Below are positions 37,445 through 50,850 of a stretch of DNA of 64,000 nucleotides, piece after piece; positions within the stretch are counted from its first letter, which is position 1, and every line of letters starts with the position of its first letter. The stretch spans positions 1,911,288-1,975,287 of the forward strand of contig OZ287695.1 in assembly GCA_965649825.1 (NCBI GenBank). Direction: 5' to 3'. The DNA comes from Penicillus capitatus. Its lineage: Eukaryota > Plantae > Chlorophyta. Made by a program: the position numbers and the translations under genes. The notes below the pieces were generated by a model, which worked only from the letters and a program-made list of their open reading frames with translations, made no database searches and was not told where the DNA came from.

Positions 37445-39448
37445 ATGCCTTCTGAAACATCAAGCAACGAAAACAACAACGGACAGAAGCCTGTTGTGTC
37501 CGTGACCCCAGAAGCCCACGTAGTGTTTAGCTTCTTATCAACTTCCGTCGATGTCTGACGCTCAATTCTGAACAGACGGAGAAAAAACTGACTTCACGTT
37601 ATCGTGGCGTCTGCTGGAACAGAAAGAACAAAAGATGGCAATCTGCGATAAACCGAGCAGGGAGATATATCTATCTAGGCAGCTTTATATCGGAACTTGA
37701 GGCCGCTCGAGCTTTTGACCGTGCTGCCGTCAAACTGAGAGGACCCGCGGCAAAGATTAACTTCGCGTGAGGCGCATCCGTTGTTGTGGATGTACCCAAT
37801 GGGACTGTCTGTGTATGTCAGGTTTGCTGACTATCAAGCTGAAATGACGTGGTATAACCAGGCGTCTTACATGGGAGACACGACGGAGCTCGTACTGAAG
37901 CAGCCTCGGTTATTGAGGGAACGCGTACATCTGACCCCATTCCAGGGAGCCATTCCACCTGTTGTACCATACCCACAAAGCTTCCAACGCCCTCCCCCCT
38001 GTACATTTAATCCATCAACCATCAGTCCCATCCCAGGCACGACTCAAATGAACATATTCCAAGGGCAGGTCATCGGTCACGGGCAGGCAAGGGGATCGCT
38101 ATCCATGCCATGCATCGGATGATGTGACGTTTTGTACTGTAGGGATCTCTTGTACAAAGCCCTGCCGGATGTGCTGTGTATACAAGTGTACCGTGCCAGG
38201 ATATGGCTTTTGAGAAGTGCCCGATGCCCGCTGGTTTTTTTATGAACGGCGAAAACGGAATGCTTCCCACCAATCCGAACCTGTATACCCCAGACCGAGC
38301 ACGCCTGTCAGAACCAGTCGTCAAAGCTGAGCCGATCACATCCACTCCCCCAACATCAGCTGATACGTTTTTGCCGGTCGTCAATATGCCGGACGGCGCC
38401 GAAGTGACACAGCTCTACCGTGGATCCCACAACGCGTTCGCCATGGGCTTCGTGCGAAAAGAAAACACAGATACCGAAGTTCTCCTCTACGATGGTCGCT
38501 CGATGCACGAAGTTGGATCCTTCTCAACAAAGGACGACGCAGCTCAGAGTTGCCAAGCCCTGTTGAAGCTGCTGGAGAGTGTAAAGAATGGAGACAGTAT
38601 TCAACCAGATCAACCCATCGATCTCGCCCCTGTTCGGAGACCATGTGCTCCTCCGCCCTCCAATCCTGCGACGCTGTTCAAATCGAATCTCGCCCGTGAG
38701 GGGCACGGAGTCGTGCAGTATGTCGATAAGCTTGAAGGAAAGAGTCCATTTGATTTGCCACCAGGAAAGTGTCCCTCTTTCGATTCTGATAGATCAGGTA
38801 GGCCACGTCTCTTCGACAGCATCGCCAGAGACGTGAAGTCGTTTGCTTTTAGAGGAAGAAGCGTGCAAGAATCTCAAAATTGACTCAGAAGATCATCAAA
38901 CGGGGCAGTGCCATCCGAAAACGACGTCTGAACTTCAAACAGATGAACAACAGGGGTCTTCCTTGGTCCAGAGAATGGGGTCCTTACTCCGTCTAGACCC
39001 TTCTCTGTCTATGAGTCGTCTGGACAAGATCCCGACACCGCAACCGTCCATGTCGCAGCCAGAAGAGTGTCGGAATGAAGCCAGCATGAAGATCTCGTCG
39101 AGTCTCTCCTTAATCAACAGTGGAAGTCTGAAGGACCTTTTGCTGGTTTTGAACCAGAGCGGCAATTTCAGTGTATTCAAGAAAGAAGGCAGCGAGGACG
39201 AAGAGATTGCCGTCGAACCACAACTGACAGATGGTCTCACTTTCACCTCCCGTGAAGATCATGCAGGAGAAGAGCCGCCAACGCCGACCTTCTACACAAC
39301 AGAACGATCTTTATCGCCCTTTGACAGAAAATCTCCTTCGGCCATGGATTATCCTACAGCCTTTTTGAACGGCGCCGCAAGCACCTTTCGCCGAAGAAGT
39401 TCAGAGATGGAAGATCACAGAGCATGTGCTAAAAAGCAAAGAACGTAG
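37445..39448 (+). CDS. AP2/ERF-domain transcription factor with a second degenerate AP2-like segment
   Basis: SRYRGVCWNRKNKRWQSAINRAGRYIYLGSFISELEAARAFDRAAVKLRGPAAKINF at 37594-37764; exons join in frame to the stop at 39448. Confidence 0.9.
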
Positions 39449-39845
39449 ACTTAGAGAGAGGGATGTCTAATGTCTCCAATGCTCACTCCTGTGTCATACA
39501 TACGCATACTTATTGTTGTATTACCTACTCACGCTTCGTAACTTGCCAATATCCCAGAGGGCAAGAAATCTATTTCGGCAAGAACTATTGCAAAGGGATT
39601 CCATATTTGGATCTCTGGGGTCCGTGTAATCGACGTTGATGTGACATTAGCAAAATAGTCGTTGCCCTTAATCATGAGTGGTACCATTTCATCAAGGGTC
39701 CTTTGTTGTAACAGAGAACTCATTTCGTCCAGCTACGGCTGTATACTGTTGTATGAATGTGAGAGACTTCCGCACTCTAAATTTCATTATGTACAAAATG
39801 AGTCACGTTTGCATGTATCAGATTCTGCTGTTGTTAAATAGACGG

Positions 39846-42842
39846 TTATGATTTTTTCGCCTTGGTGCTGCGTGGCCCACTGCCTCGTCCTCTGCTTGTC
39901 CCTTTGCTAGTCTGTCCAGTCTTGGTCACCTTCGATCCGGGGCGTCTGCTCGATTTCGCCTCAGCGAGCTTTAACTGGTACCCACTCTTCTTCATATTTT
40001 CTGTCATATCAGCGGCATCCACGATCTCCTCTTCCTCCTTGACCTCTTCTTTGACTCTCTCCTCAATGACACTGGACTCTGGGTTGAATGCCTCTTCTGG
40101 CGATTCCTCTGTCTTTGCAACTCGCTTGACGACTTCATCTTTGTGCGGCAGAGCGGAGCAAGAGATGTGTGCAGCATTCACTTTTCGGGTCAGTGCTGCT
40201 TTGACTTTGGTCGGGATCTTGAATAGCGGACTCTGTGCCCACGTCGTGTTTCCCTTGAACTGTGTGACTTCCATAACATAGTCATAATGGTCCCTATGGT
40301 CGGAATGCTTAACGTTGTACGGCAACACTAGAGAGAATTACTTGTCAATACAGTATGTGTTCATGACGTCGTAGACGACGGAAATCCCTGTCGCGTCATC
40401 CTTGGTCAACGGAAGCGTCAAGAGATGTCTCAACAACGGAAGGTAATCCAGCACGGCGGCATCTTTGTCGATGCTGTAGTTCTGCATGGACGACATCCGC
40501 ACGGCCATTGACTGCAGCAATCGAAGTTGCTTGTTCGTCGTTGACAGATTCCCCAGAAATCCAGTGAACCGAGTGAAATTCATTTCGTGTGTGTTAAAAG
40601 TGTGACGTGTGCCCCTCACGACGGCGGCTGGTGCCAGTGAGCCCATATCGACAGCTGACGGCAAGAGGCTCCATTTCTGTCGCGAGCGGATCCTTGTATT
40701 GAGCCGATCGCCAAAGGACAGGTACCGTGCTGCTCTTGCCATCTTCTTCAGTCGTTCCTTCTTCGACGTGACGCCCATTGGATTGTGATTCACATAGTTC
40801 TCCTGGATGAGCAACGGAATGAGATCGAGATCATTGAAAACGAGGTTGCTCAAATCGTTCCATTTCTTCCCACGGCTTTCAGGAGAGAGCAGAGAACGAG
40901 CTGCCTCGAAGGGATTGATATCGTGATTCTTCTGGATAGATACTGCTCCATTCTTAACATCATTGTAACGAACAAACTGTGTGGTTGCACGGACGACTTG
41001 CAGTCCTCCAATGAGTGTACGGATATCTCCGTGAGCTTGTTCGATCAGCAGTTCCATCGTCGAATCGCTCTCAAATCGCAGCCCCTCCGTCGCGCATATC
41101 GTTTTCGCACGTTTCATCAGTTGGACTTTGCCAGGACGGCGGAAATCGAATTCTGCGCAGTGATTCCTGAGGGATGTGAGTTTTCGGCTGTACTTGTCAT
41201 TGCAGATGCAGATGATCGGAATCTTTGCCGTCTTGATATTCTCGATCAAGTCTGCCACTCCGCCATAGTCACCCGCTGCAGCCAAACGTCACATCGGTGT
41301 CAGCCATCATCGAGACTTGCCTGACATGCCGTCGACTTCGTCCATGATCAACACCATCGATGACTCTTCTGTCGTTGACGGATGAAGCACGCTCGTGTTC
41401 TGGCAGAGAGCCTTGATCTGATTCGATCGCTTTCCAGCAATGCCACCCTTTCCAATCTTGTCTGCCCTGTTACGCGTATCGCTGGCATTCACTTCGATAG
41501 CATCAAATCCTGCCTCCCTATATGAGGTCACATCATCGTAAAACGGCGATTGAGCACAGTGAGCGACATACTTTGTCACTAGAAGAGCCGTCGTTGTCTT
41601 TCCAATGCCGGGAGGACCGTTCAGCAGAACTGCCTTCTTGGTGTTGGCATCTCCATTTGTTTTTGAACGTGAGGCCGGCGCCTCCGGGATCATCTCGTGG
41701 CGAAGGTGACAGCTATGCCAGTTCTGTAGCCATTCGAACAATGCGTTCACCAAACTGGGATTGCCCACAATCTCCGACAGCGACTGTGGCTTGTACTTGT
41801 CCACCCACAATCGCTGGTCCGCGATCTCATCTACCGATCACACCGATCTACGATCTGTCTTCTAAGTAAGATATCTCTCACCCTCCAACATCCGAGATGC
41901 ATCGCCTGTGTCTGTATCTTCTTCCATCATTCCACCAACAGCCCTCGATGACGCAGGTTCCCCTTCTGGTCTTCGGAAGTGTGAAATGTCGGCCGCCTGA
42001 ATCAACTGAAACAAACCGTCCTCGTCGATCAATTTTGTTTCCAGGTGCTTGGCCTGATTCAAACATATGCACCTTATGTATTTTTATCGCAAATACGTGC
42101 ATACCTTTTCGAGCTTTGATCGGCCGCATTCTTTTCCAACCACCAGAAACGTCGTCTTGCCACTAACTGCGGATGTGACCCGTCCACCATGGCGTTTGAT
42201 GAGGTGCTCGGCTTCGTCGCGCGTCAACGATTCCAGTAAGCCCGAAATGACAAAGGTCTTTCCTGTCAGGCATTCGGGATGTCCTTCAGGGATGTGCTTG
42301 GATCCATGGCGCTCAGGGAACTCGTTGGAACGAAAGGCAAAGGCCATGCCTGTCTGCTGTTCCATCACGGTGAACTTCAGCTGGCTCTGATTCGGCAGCC
42401 GAGACAGTTCAGCATCCACACGTCGAACGGCTTCGGTTCCTTCAACGCTCGTCTTTGGCAATGATGACGCCGTTGGCTGTGTTCTCTGCTTCTTTGTCTT
42501 ATGAGCACCCTGAAAGGACCAGACGTGTCGCAATCAATGGTTGACGAAGGTGTGATATGAATCGATACCTTCTTCTCGGGAGGTGGCGAGATCCGACTGC
42601 TTTGTCGTTTGCGTTCGGACAACTGCTTGCGCGAAGAAGCGGCGGCGGAAGACATTGCTTGCTTCTTGCCTCTTCGAGTGATGGGTTTGGCTTTTCGGAC
42701 TTTTTCGCTTTTGGTCTGAGACGCGCCAACGTCGCCGTCGTCCTCCGAAGGAACATACTCCGAACCGTTGCTCTTGGAAGCCTATGAATAAAAGAAGGCG
42801 TTCGTTGATGAAGGTATACGCATTGAAGGAGACCTCCGACAT
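39846..42842 (-). CDS. RFC1: Replication factor C subunit 1
   Basis: BRCT CLTGKTFVISGLLESLTRDEAEHLIKRHGGRVTSAVSGKTT; LWVDKYKP; Walker A GPPGIGKTT; EVNASDTR; IMDEVDGMSAGD; IPIICICND; RFC1 C-terminal domain. Confidence 0.97.
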
Positions 42843-43947
42843 TGCAGACCCGTTGCCGAGTGCGAAGACTGAGCGCGAACAGTCTAGCCTCTGAAAAGAC
42901 GTGCGATGGACGAAAACGCGTCATCTGCTGTTGCAAGGTCAAATCTAAATCTTAAAGAAAAAACGAAGAGACGGACTCTATGCTTTTGTATGAGTATTGT
43001 TCGCGAGACAACGGTATGCGGAGTGCATACATCTGCTTGATAGCTGTTGCCAGACAACGCGTAGGAAATGGCAGATCATCGAGATGTAGACAACCTATAT
43101 TACTATTGGCTGATTGTCCTTATCGATGAATCAGTCTCTACTGTCTGTGATGTGACTGGGAGCGGATAAAAGTCGATTGTGAGTGCACACTGTTTCGGAA
43201 GAAAGATGCTTAACCTGAGCACGTCAAGGTCCATCAGATCGACATCTCGACGCGTCTTCCGGTCTCAGACGAGAAGTTTACAGCTGCATCAGTGATAGTT
43301 GAAACATGATCATCGCGGAAGCATCATTTCCTCAGATGAAAGTACATCGAAGGTCAATGATTGACTCGCGATTCATATACGTGATGTGGATCACTTTCTA
43401 GAAGGCTCTCCATAATCACAACAAGTATGACAGTATAGGAAGAACGGACAAGATAACCTATGACAGCCGAGTAAAATTGCCTGCAAAGGAACCTTAATAA
43501 ACGCATGAGAGGAAAGAACAGGTTATGACTAGTACTTGTTCATAGAACAAGAGGAAACGTATGCATCTTCAGGACAATGTGGCCAAGAGACCAATGATGT
43601 CACGCATTTGACTAAGCCTCCATCAGTCTTATAACAACCCAGCGTTCTATTTACTCTACCGAACAGGCTCTTCGCCTGGCAGGTCGACAACTGCCCTGCT
43701 CGAATGCGTCTCATGCTCAGAAACGGCTGGCAAATGCACTGAGTTATACATCGAAGAAAGTGTCCAGGACAAACAAGATCACATCTCGACTGTAAAAATC
43801 CTGTAGAGTCTCCGAAAACGCCACACAATTGCGCCGCCTGGACCATCATTCGGAAAAAAAACCTTGCCACAGATCCAAATCTTCGTTTGTGAAGCATCGG
43901 CGGTCCTCGGTTTTGGAAATGCTGAAGTTCGACTGCAAAACAATCAG

Positions 43948-45430
43948 AGAACGGAAAGTAGAAAACCTATCAGTATCTTGTTCTTGGCCAGTTCCGTGAT
44001 GCTGGGACATCGAGGATCCGATACCATCGTTGTGCGACTTCAGTCGATCCACTAAGCCGAAGGAGATCTGTGTACAAATGACGCCTCAAAAGAATATTTC
44101 AATGCCGAAGCTAAGCAAGAGACATACAGATTCTCTTCCTCTTCTCGATGACTGTCATCCGGAAGGCATCGCGAGTTACATGCCACTGGACTGCTCTTCT
44201 TTGAATGAGAGACAGATCCGAACGCAGACGTGTGGGTGCTCGCTAGCTCTCCTGCGATGGCGACGTACGAGAGAGCTGTAGATAAAAGAACTCATAGGAT
44301 TTTTACGACTGTCCGGCGGACATTAGAAAGCTCAAAGGAGACACAAAGAGAGAGCACAGCATGCAGCCAGTTGCATATCGAGAGCGGAAAAAGTCAAAGT
44401 GGTCATGGCTCAGTGCGCTAACCTCTGCCACATCAATGCTTCGGCGGTCTTCCATTCACAGTCGGAGAATCCAACATAGGACCGACGACACATGATGGAT
44501 GAACACCTCGGATGCTCGATCTTTCAATACAAACAGAATCGAGCCCGATGCATACGCATGGAGTTCATGCTTAGGTCGAGGAAATGGTCTTGCCAGGAAT
44601 CTGTGCAGTCGCAGCACATCCAATGAGGTAGAACATTTGACAGGTCAAGCAATAGCTGTCGAAGGTAATCGGCTGCCAGGAGAGAAACTTTAGCGCACAT
44701 GAGAGATAGCAATCCTAAATCATCGAGGACGTGCAGAGAGTGTCACCTCCCATCGTAAGACGCTCATTTGAGTGGCGAATGAGATTAAACCTCTGGCCTT
44801 CTGTCATCCTCATCCTCTGCCATACCACATGTATTCCGTTCACTGCATCGAATAAGAATCCGTTCGCTTGAGAAGTCGATCTCTGTTCACCTGTGGGCCA
44901 GAGCGTATAGAATCCCAAGGTCCCCGTTGAAATGTACGGCAAAAAGGACAGCAGAACCGTCAAATGGGTACCTGTTCATGAGCATCCCGGATCCGATAAA
45001 CAGAAAGCTCCTCTGCTCCCCGGCGCATGATCAGAAACAGGTCTATCGACTCAGCGTCCGACACTTCGACTCGAACACATAGTCTTCTGACATCGCCAGT
45101 GATCTCTCCGGGTGCGGGAGTCTCCACCTCAGATACTGTTGGCAACCCCCACTCGTCAACCCTAACTGCAGCGGCATCAAAACGTCCTCTCGCGCGTCCT
45201 TCGGCTCACTCGAGTTTGCGAACTCTCTGTCGCCAAGATCTGGCTTGGCGATGTGACTGCCCAGAGGGTCACATCGCTTGAAACGGATAAAAACCCTGGG
45301 TCTGTGAACCTTTGTAAGCCTTTTGCGTTCTGCGTTACGTGCGTGTGTAAGCGAAATCCATCCTGGATAACGACGAAGCGCAACCGCCTTCGCGTGCAGT
45401 TGTTCCTTACCCTCCTTTGTACCAAAACAC
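43948..45430 (-). pseudogene. Decayed, apparently intron-containing coding relic of unknown family (copy X1)
   Basis: 43948-44500 is homologous by eye to 58954-59058 plus 63559-64000. Shared translated blocks such as DRRSIDVAEVSALSHDHFDFFRSRYATG vs DRRGIDPAEASTL*HDYVEFFRCRIATG; many stops and frameshifts. Outer limits approximate. Confidence 0.55.
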
Positions 45431-46238
45431 GCCATATCTGTCGGCGCTAGCGTTCTTCAGACAAGCGGAACGTGGGAGCTCTGACGTGACCGAGTCCATA
45501 GCGCAGGACGGTACCCAAGTCGACGATCGACTGGTCCATCCTGTGGAGGCAGGACCAACCGACGCAGAAGCCGACGAAGAAGCACCACGAAGGGAATTAT
45601 CCCAAGAGCGACACTCTCCTGCGGTTTCTGCTCTTTCTGCGGTTTCTGTGCCTTGTGCGAACGTTGCTCTCGCGATGGCTTCTTCCGATTCTCCAGCGTC
45701 ATTACCGTCTCTGGCTCCGTCTCTCGCCAACTCTCCCTCCCTGGCTGGGTCTGTCGGGTCTGCGCCGACCCTGGCTGAGTCCGTGGCATCCTCGCCTTCA
45801 ATGGCTCCGACACCAGGGTCCCCGATCCAGTCCTTTTCTTTTGCCGAGGGGTCCCCGGCTCCGTCCGTGGCGTCCTTCTCCTTCTTTCAGGCTCCATCCC
45901 CGGCTCCGTCTTCCCCCTCCGCCTCGTCAGACTCCATGTCCACCTCTCCCTGTCATCATCTTTTCCCTCCCCGTCCGCAGGTATACTGCATTCCTGCCTC
46001 TCCTCCGCCTCCCATCCCCCACGCCCTTTTCTCCTTTCCATTCCATCCTCCCGTCCACCCATTCCTCCACGCCCCTTCCGCTACTCCCTCCGTCACCCAT
46101 TTTTTCCTCCCCGTCCCTTCCTATATTCCGTCCCTTCCCATCCACCTGCCATCCCGCCACGGCCCTATCTATTTTCCTTCCGCTCCCCTCTACCTGCCAT
46201 TCCGCCACGGACCTGTTTTCTCTCAGGAGAGTGTGTAA
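45417..46238 (+). other. Low-complexity Ser/Pro/Ala-rich open frame over a degenerate minisatellite and a C/T-rich tract
   Basis: Recurring (c/a)(c/t)ggctccgtc-like units; a direct repeat at about 46143-46166 / 46191-46214. Coding status is unproven. Confidence 0.35.
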
Positions 46239-46419
46239 GTCCATCTTTTTCTTAGACTTTCTTCTGTATGCTATTCGTGTAGGTTTTCGTACCCGATTGG
46301 GGACAATAAAGAAGGTAGACCTTCTCTTTTTTTGCTGTTAGGGGGGGGGGGCGAGAAAAATTTTAAAGAAAATAAAAACTTTTCTTTTTGATCGTCTCAC
46401 ACTTTTTCCTTCGTGTGGG

Positions 46420-46494
46420 AAAAACAAAAAAAAAAACAAAAAAAAAACAAAAAAAAAACAAAAAAAAAAAAAACAAAAAAAAAACAAAAAAAAA
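46420..46494 (+). repeat. A-rich tract (A8-13 runs punctuated by C), preceded by a G11 run at 46341-46351
   Basis: Read directly. Confidence 0.9.
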
Positions 46495-46719
46495 GTTCTA
46501 AAGGGCTGTTTTCTTTCTGTATTGCTTTTCTGCCATTCCACCTTCGATTTGTCGTGGTTGGCTTGTTTATAATAATTTTCGATGTGGAGACATTAGTGGG
46601 GGTTTTTTGTTGTTTCGCTGTGCATAGTGGCTGCCATGTTCGATTTGCTGTTTTGTGGGTGGAGCCTGAAAATGTCCTATTTACTGTTTCGCTATGGACG
46701 GAGGCTGCAATTTCCCTAA

Positions 46720-46916
46720 TTGCTGTTTTGCTGCCTGGAGGCTGTCATGGTCTTATCTCACTTGCTGTTTTGCTGCCTGGAGGCTGTCATGGTCTTATCT
46801 CACTTGCTGTTTTGCTGCCTGGAGGCTGTCATGGTCTTATCTCACTTGCTGTTTTGCTGCCTGGAGGCTGTCATGGTCTTATCTATCTCACTTGCTGTTT
46901 TGCTGCCTTGAGGCTG
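46720..46916. repeat. 42-bp tandem minisatellite, 4 full copies plus a partial fifth
   Basis: Unit ttgctgttttgctgcctggaggctgtcatggtcttatctcac at 46720, 46762, 46804 and 46846 (the last with a 4-nt insertion), partial copy at 46892. Confidence 0.97.
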
Positions 46917-47129
46917 GCTATACGTAACTAGGCATGTGCTGTTGCAAAAAGTCCATTTTCGCTGCTGAGCTTTCCGTTCTGGTCGTTACCTCTTTTGAGA
47001 CAAGACCATGGAATATTGCCGTTAAGGCCGTACCGATAAATTCCTGCTTGGATCGTCGAATGACATAAGAAGAGTGAGTCGACCTTCGTTAGTTGTTCAA
47101 ATCCCTACTTCCTCTGTCGTTCTAGAATA

Positions 47130-50100
47130 CTCATGAGAAACAAACCAGTCTGCAACGATATTCAATCTGAAGCCACCAACCAACCACCCTTTGGTGTCTT
47201 GTGTGAGTCTGGAGCTCTTTCTGTGCTGTCGACGAACGGGCAGCGATGGAGAATCGTTGTGACCAAGAGCATTGAGTGTGACCGGGTGAATTCATGGACT
47301 GCATTACACACGCTGGCAAAGAAGTGTAAAGAGAAGCCTAATGGAGACGAAGAGAGGTGATCTTCCGAGTACAGACTCTGTTCCAGAACACACCGTTCGC
47401 TGACAGACGCCTACATGGACTGCCATGCATCGAGTCCTTTGCCGTAAGTCTTGTGATGTTCTCCAAACGGTCATGTTTCAAACAATGCAGAGATGCATCA
47501 AGCAAGAGAAATGGTTTGAGATATTTGTGAATAAAGCACTTTACATCATCGGCATTTGGTCAACCAAACAGTTGAATCATGAAGGTAAACGAGTAAAAAC
47601 GCCTAATCTGATTCAGCTTGATCATTCTTTGCTTGTCTAGGGATATGAAGATCAAAACCGATCTGTCTGAAATGCGAAAGAGATGAATCAAGAACAGATC
47701 GTCTCAGCAGTCTGAAGAATCGGCACGATGCAAGGAAAAGTGCATTTCTGAGCCATTAAGCTCAGTCTCTTCGACGAGATGGACACTCGGCGCACTGCCT
47801 AAAAACTGCATCATCTATAGGAGTCATCCAGCAATCTGCCAAGAGGAAGCACTTCTTCAGCTGGAGGATGTCCCAGACTAGGATGTGAGGTCAAAATGCA
47901 CATGCAGGGAATTGTTGTCGGAATGGTCACCATCTTCGATGTAGCAGGCAAGGTCAGTAAAACAGCTTTCGCTGCAAAATGCAGATTCGCAGGCTCTTGG
48001 AGGGAGGGAGATTGTGACAGGAAGATGAAGTCTCTTTCCAGACAAGGGTCCGTAAAGCATTGGAGCTGGGAAAATCGAGGTTGTGGCTTTGCACGGCAAA
48101 GTCAAGAATCGTCTTTGGAAATTCACGGCAATCTGAACCAATGGAGAGAAGCCGGTTCAATTCGTGTGTATCGGCCTGTGCAGACACCACCCGTCAGTGG
48201 ACGGATGCACTCTCACGTTCGAGGTCAGACTTACTTGTGCTCATGATCCCTATGCGATTGCCATCTGCAGGCACAAGACGCATGCCTCCTGGTGGATATT
48301 GGTGGCCACGTTACTGGAAGGCGGACTATCACCGTCCAGTCAGATTGTCCCTCATCCAAGCCGCAGCAGGCTGTTGATACAATCACACCGTTTGGCGAAC
48401 CCAGTGCTTCTTCACCCGCCATGCATCAGTTCGTACAAAGAAAAAGAGATGCCACCCCAGTGAAGCAGCCAGTGACTGGGATTGGTGCTGGACTGGAATT
48501 GCTGGGTCGATCGCATGTCGCTCTTCTTTCTTTTGGTAGCGGAGAGCGACAATCACCCCTAGAATGTTTCGGTCGGGTTAGTCTATTTTGCACCCTTTCA
48601 CTGCTAGACACTCTCATTGTGCATGCAGAGATGAGATGCAGTAATCTCTACCGAAGGAGTGTGTCCTGGGCGACATCGACAGAAAAAGAGGCCGAAGGCA
48701 GACGAACAAGGCCGACAGAACAAGGAGAGACCGAACACCTCTGCCTGCGTAGAGCTTCTCCGCATGATCGAGACTGTGCAACATCTTGAGCGTGAAGTGA
48801 GTGACAGATTCATGATCTGAACTGATCTCACTTACCTGATCAGGGACGGATGAGTGACATCGTGTCGAAACACTGGTTGAACGCAAGGAAAGATCGCCGG
48901 GATAAAAACGACGGAGCCCGGCCTGCAGACTCCTTTCTCATGCTCGAGTATGCATTACTGCTGATTTCGCTGTGGCTAGACTTTCCTCCTAGGATGGAGC
49001 ATGGGATCATCATCATGAACTCGACAGAGACAGAGACACTCTTCCATCTTCCACAAGGGGATCGAGCAGACGGACGAGGCCTGGACTCGACTGCCCGGCC
49101 AGACAGTCCCGGAAGAACACGAGCATGTCACAGTGCCAGACCGGAGAGAGAAGTCAGCAGGAGAGTTCATTGCTGGAGGATTGGTTCATTGGAACGTGCT
49201 CTTCAATTGGCACCATGCCTTACATTGCTTTGCATGTGCTGTACCAAAAACTCTCTTCTCTGTCGAGCATTTCGTTCCAGGTGATGCCTCATCGAGAGGA
49301 CAGCTCAAGGTTGTTCACCCTGACGACCGCATAGATGAAGATCAGTCCTGGACTTCCGTTTGACATATGCACCGTTAGTTGCTCTTTGACGATTGATGAA
49401 ATCCCAAGCGCCGGTGTGGTTCTAGAATGGCCGAGATGGAGACAGCTTGGCACAAACTCAGTCGAACTGGAAGCGAAGATCCCTTGGAGAAGTCACGAGA
49501 GTTCAGAGTTCAGGCCGTGCTGGATGACAACGAACGAGCAGCATGGAATCCATCTCAGCCAGCTACAGATGTGTGATCGGGCAGAAGCATCCGCGACACA
49601 CGCCGAAGAAAGAGTACAAGGACCGGCGACTTGACAATGGCGAAGAAACCTTCATTCAATCACGAGTCCTGCTCTGGCCACACGCAACCTTCGCTGTCGA
49701 AGCGATTGAAGCAGTGAGCCAGTCATCATATCCTCAAGGTAAGCCCTACTCGGCTTTACAAACAGTCATGATCAAGTCCATGCAGAGATTGCGCCACCGA
49801 CAAGACAACATTGCGATTTTGCAGTACAGAGCGAGCGATAAACCGGTGGGATTTGGTCGCCAGCCAATGCGTATCGCCACAAGAAATCAAGATGTCCGAT
49901 AAGAATGCCTTTATTTTCTGGAGAGACACGACAGTCCTTCCAGGATGAAACTGGATAACCTCAAGGCCTCAATCCATTCAGTAAGGTGCATGGAGACGCC
50001 GTCCTTCCGAAGTAGCCGATGAAGCCCTCGAATGACACCGACCAGACTCGTCCCACTGCGGATACATTGTGTTGTCTCCTCCAGAATAGAGAGACAGGCG

Positions 50101-50850
50101 AAGGATGGAGCCTCTCTGCAATCCGGAGACGCTGCAGTTGTTCAGAATCCCTTCTGTTGACCCAGACAGCCCACATCAAAAAAGCCAGGAGAACTGCGTC
50201 TAAGAAGACCCGGTCTTAAAGATAGCATTTCTGCATCTGCAGCTGAAGTCATGAAAACGACTTCCCTGTTGAACTGACATCCCCGAGCCTCTTGAGAGAC
50301 AGATGCCTTCGAGGAGAAGGCAGGACTTTGATCCAGATAAGAGTCCATCGAGATCGAAGCGAGGCGAATCGTCGTGATGAAGCTCTGGTGTACATCCGCC
50401 AACGGTCCCTGGAATGTCACGTTCTCTGGGCCACCACTACCAAGACAAACCGAGAGAACATACGGCAACCAAGCCACCCATTCGCTCTTCCAGCCCCGTG
50501 GAGACCGGAATGAGATCGAGCTTGGGGTGGGCCACGGTGTCCATGTGATCATATTCTCCAAGCAGCAGATGCAATCGTGTCTGTCGAAGCACGCTGGAGC
50601 ACGTTCAACTGGAAGGGCGGGACGCGTCGCAATCCAGCCTGAGCGTCTCCTCCAGCTGTCAACGCACTGCGGACAAAATCACAGTCTGTGTTGCAATTGC
50701 AGGACTTTTCTCTCTGACAGGGATTCTACTGGAAAGAGGGATAGCAGTCAAAACAAAGCAACTGCGAATGACACACAGTCATGGACTGAGAGTGTGCAAC
50801 CGACAATACTCTGGTCTCCCGTCGGAGCAAGAACCTCCACTTGAGGGATG
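47130..50850 (+). pseudogene. Unidentified decayed gene-like region
   Basis: Host-sized intron-like segments (GTAAGT...ATGCAG, GTAAAC...GTCTAG near 47.44-47.64 kb) separate protein-like fragments broken by stops; no family recognised. Confidence 0.3.

Noticed and set aside
43500-45430. Relic X1 as a LINE endonuclease/RT or DIRS element
   Set aside because: No GDFN/SDH, YADD/YLDD or tyrosine-recombinase motifs in any frame, and the intron-like segments argue against a retroelement.
46420-46494. Poly-A tail of a complete retroposon with a TSD
   Set aside because: No upstream repeat of the sequence following the tract and no RT remnant on the + strand were found.
46720-46916. Regular repeats as a CRISPR array, and the three + strand ORFs over them
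   Set aside because: Units are head-to-tail with no spacers, there are no cas genes and the context is eukaryotic. The ORFs arise because the 42-bp unit has no stop in any + frame.
47130-50850. Third copy of the X family on the minus strand
   Set aside because: Only scattered short matches, and the intron-like signals point to the + strand.
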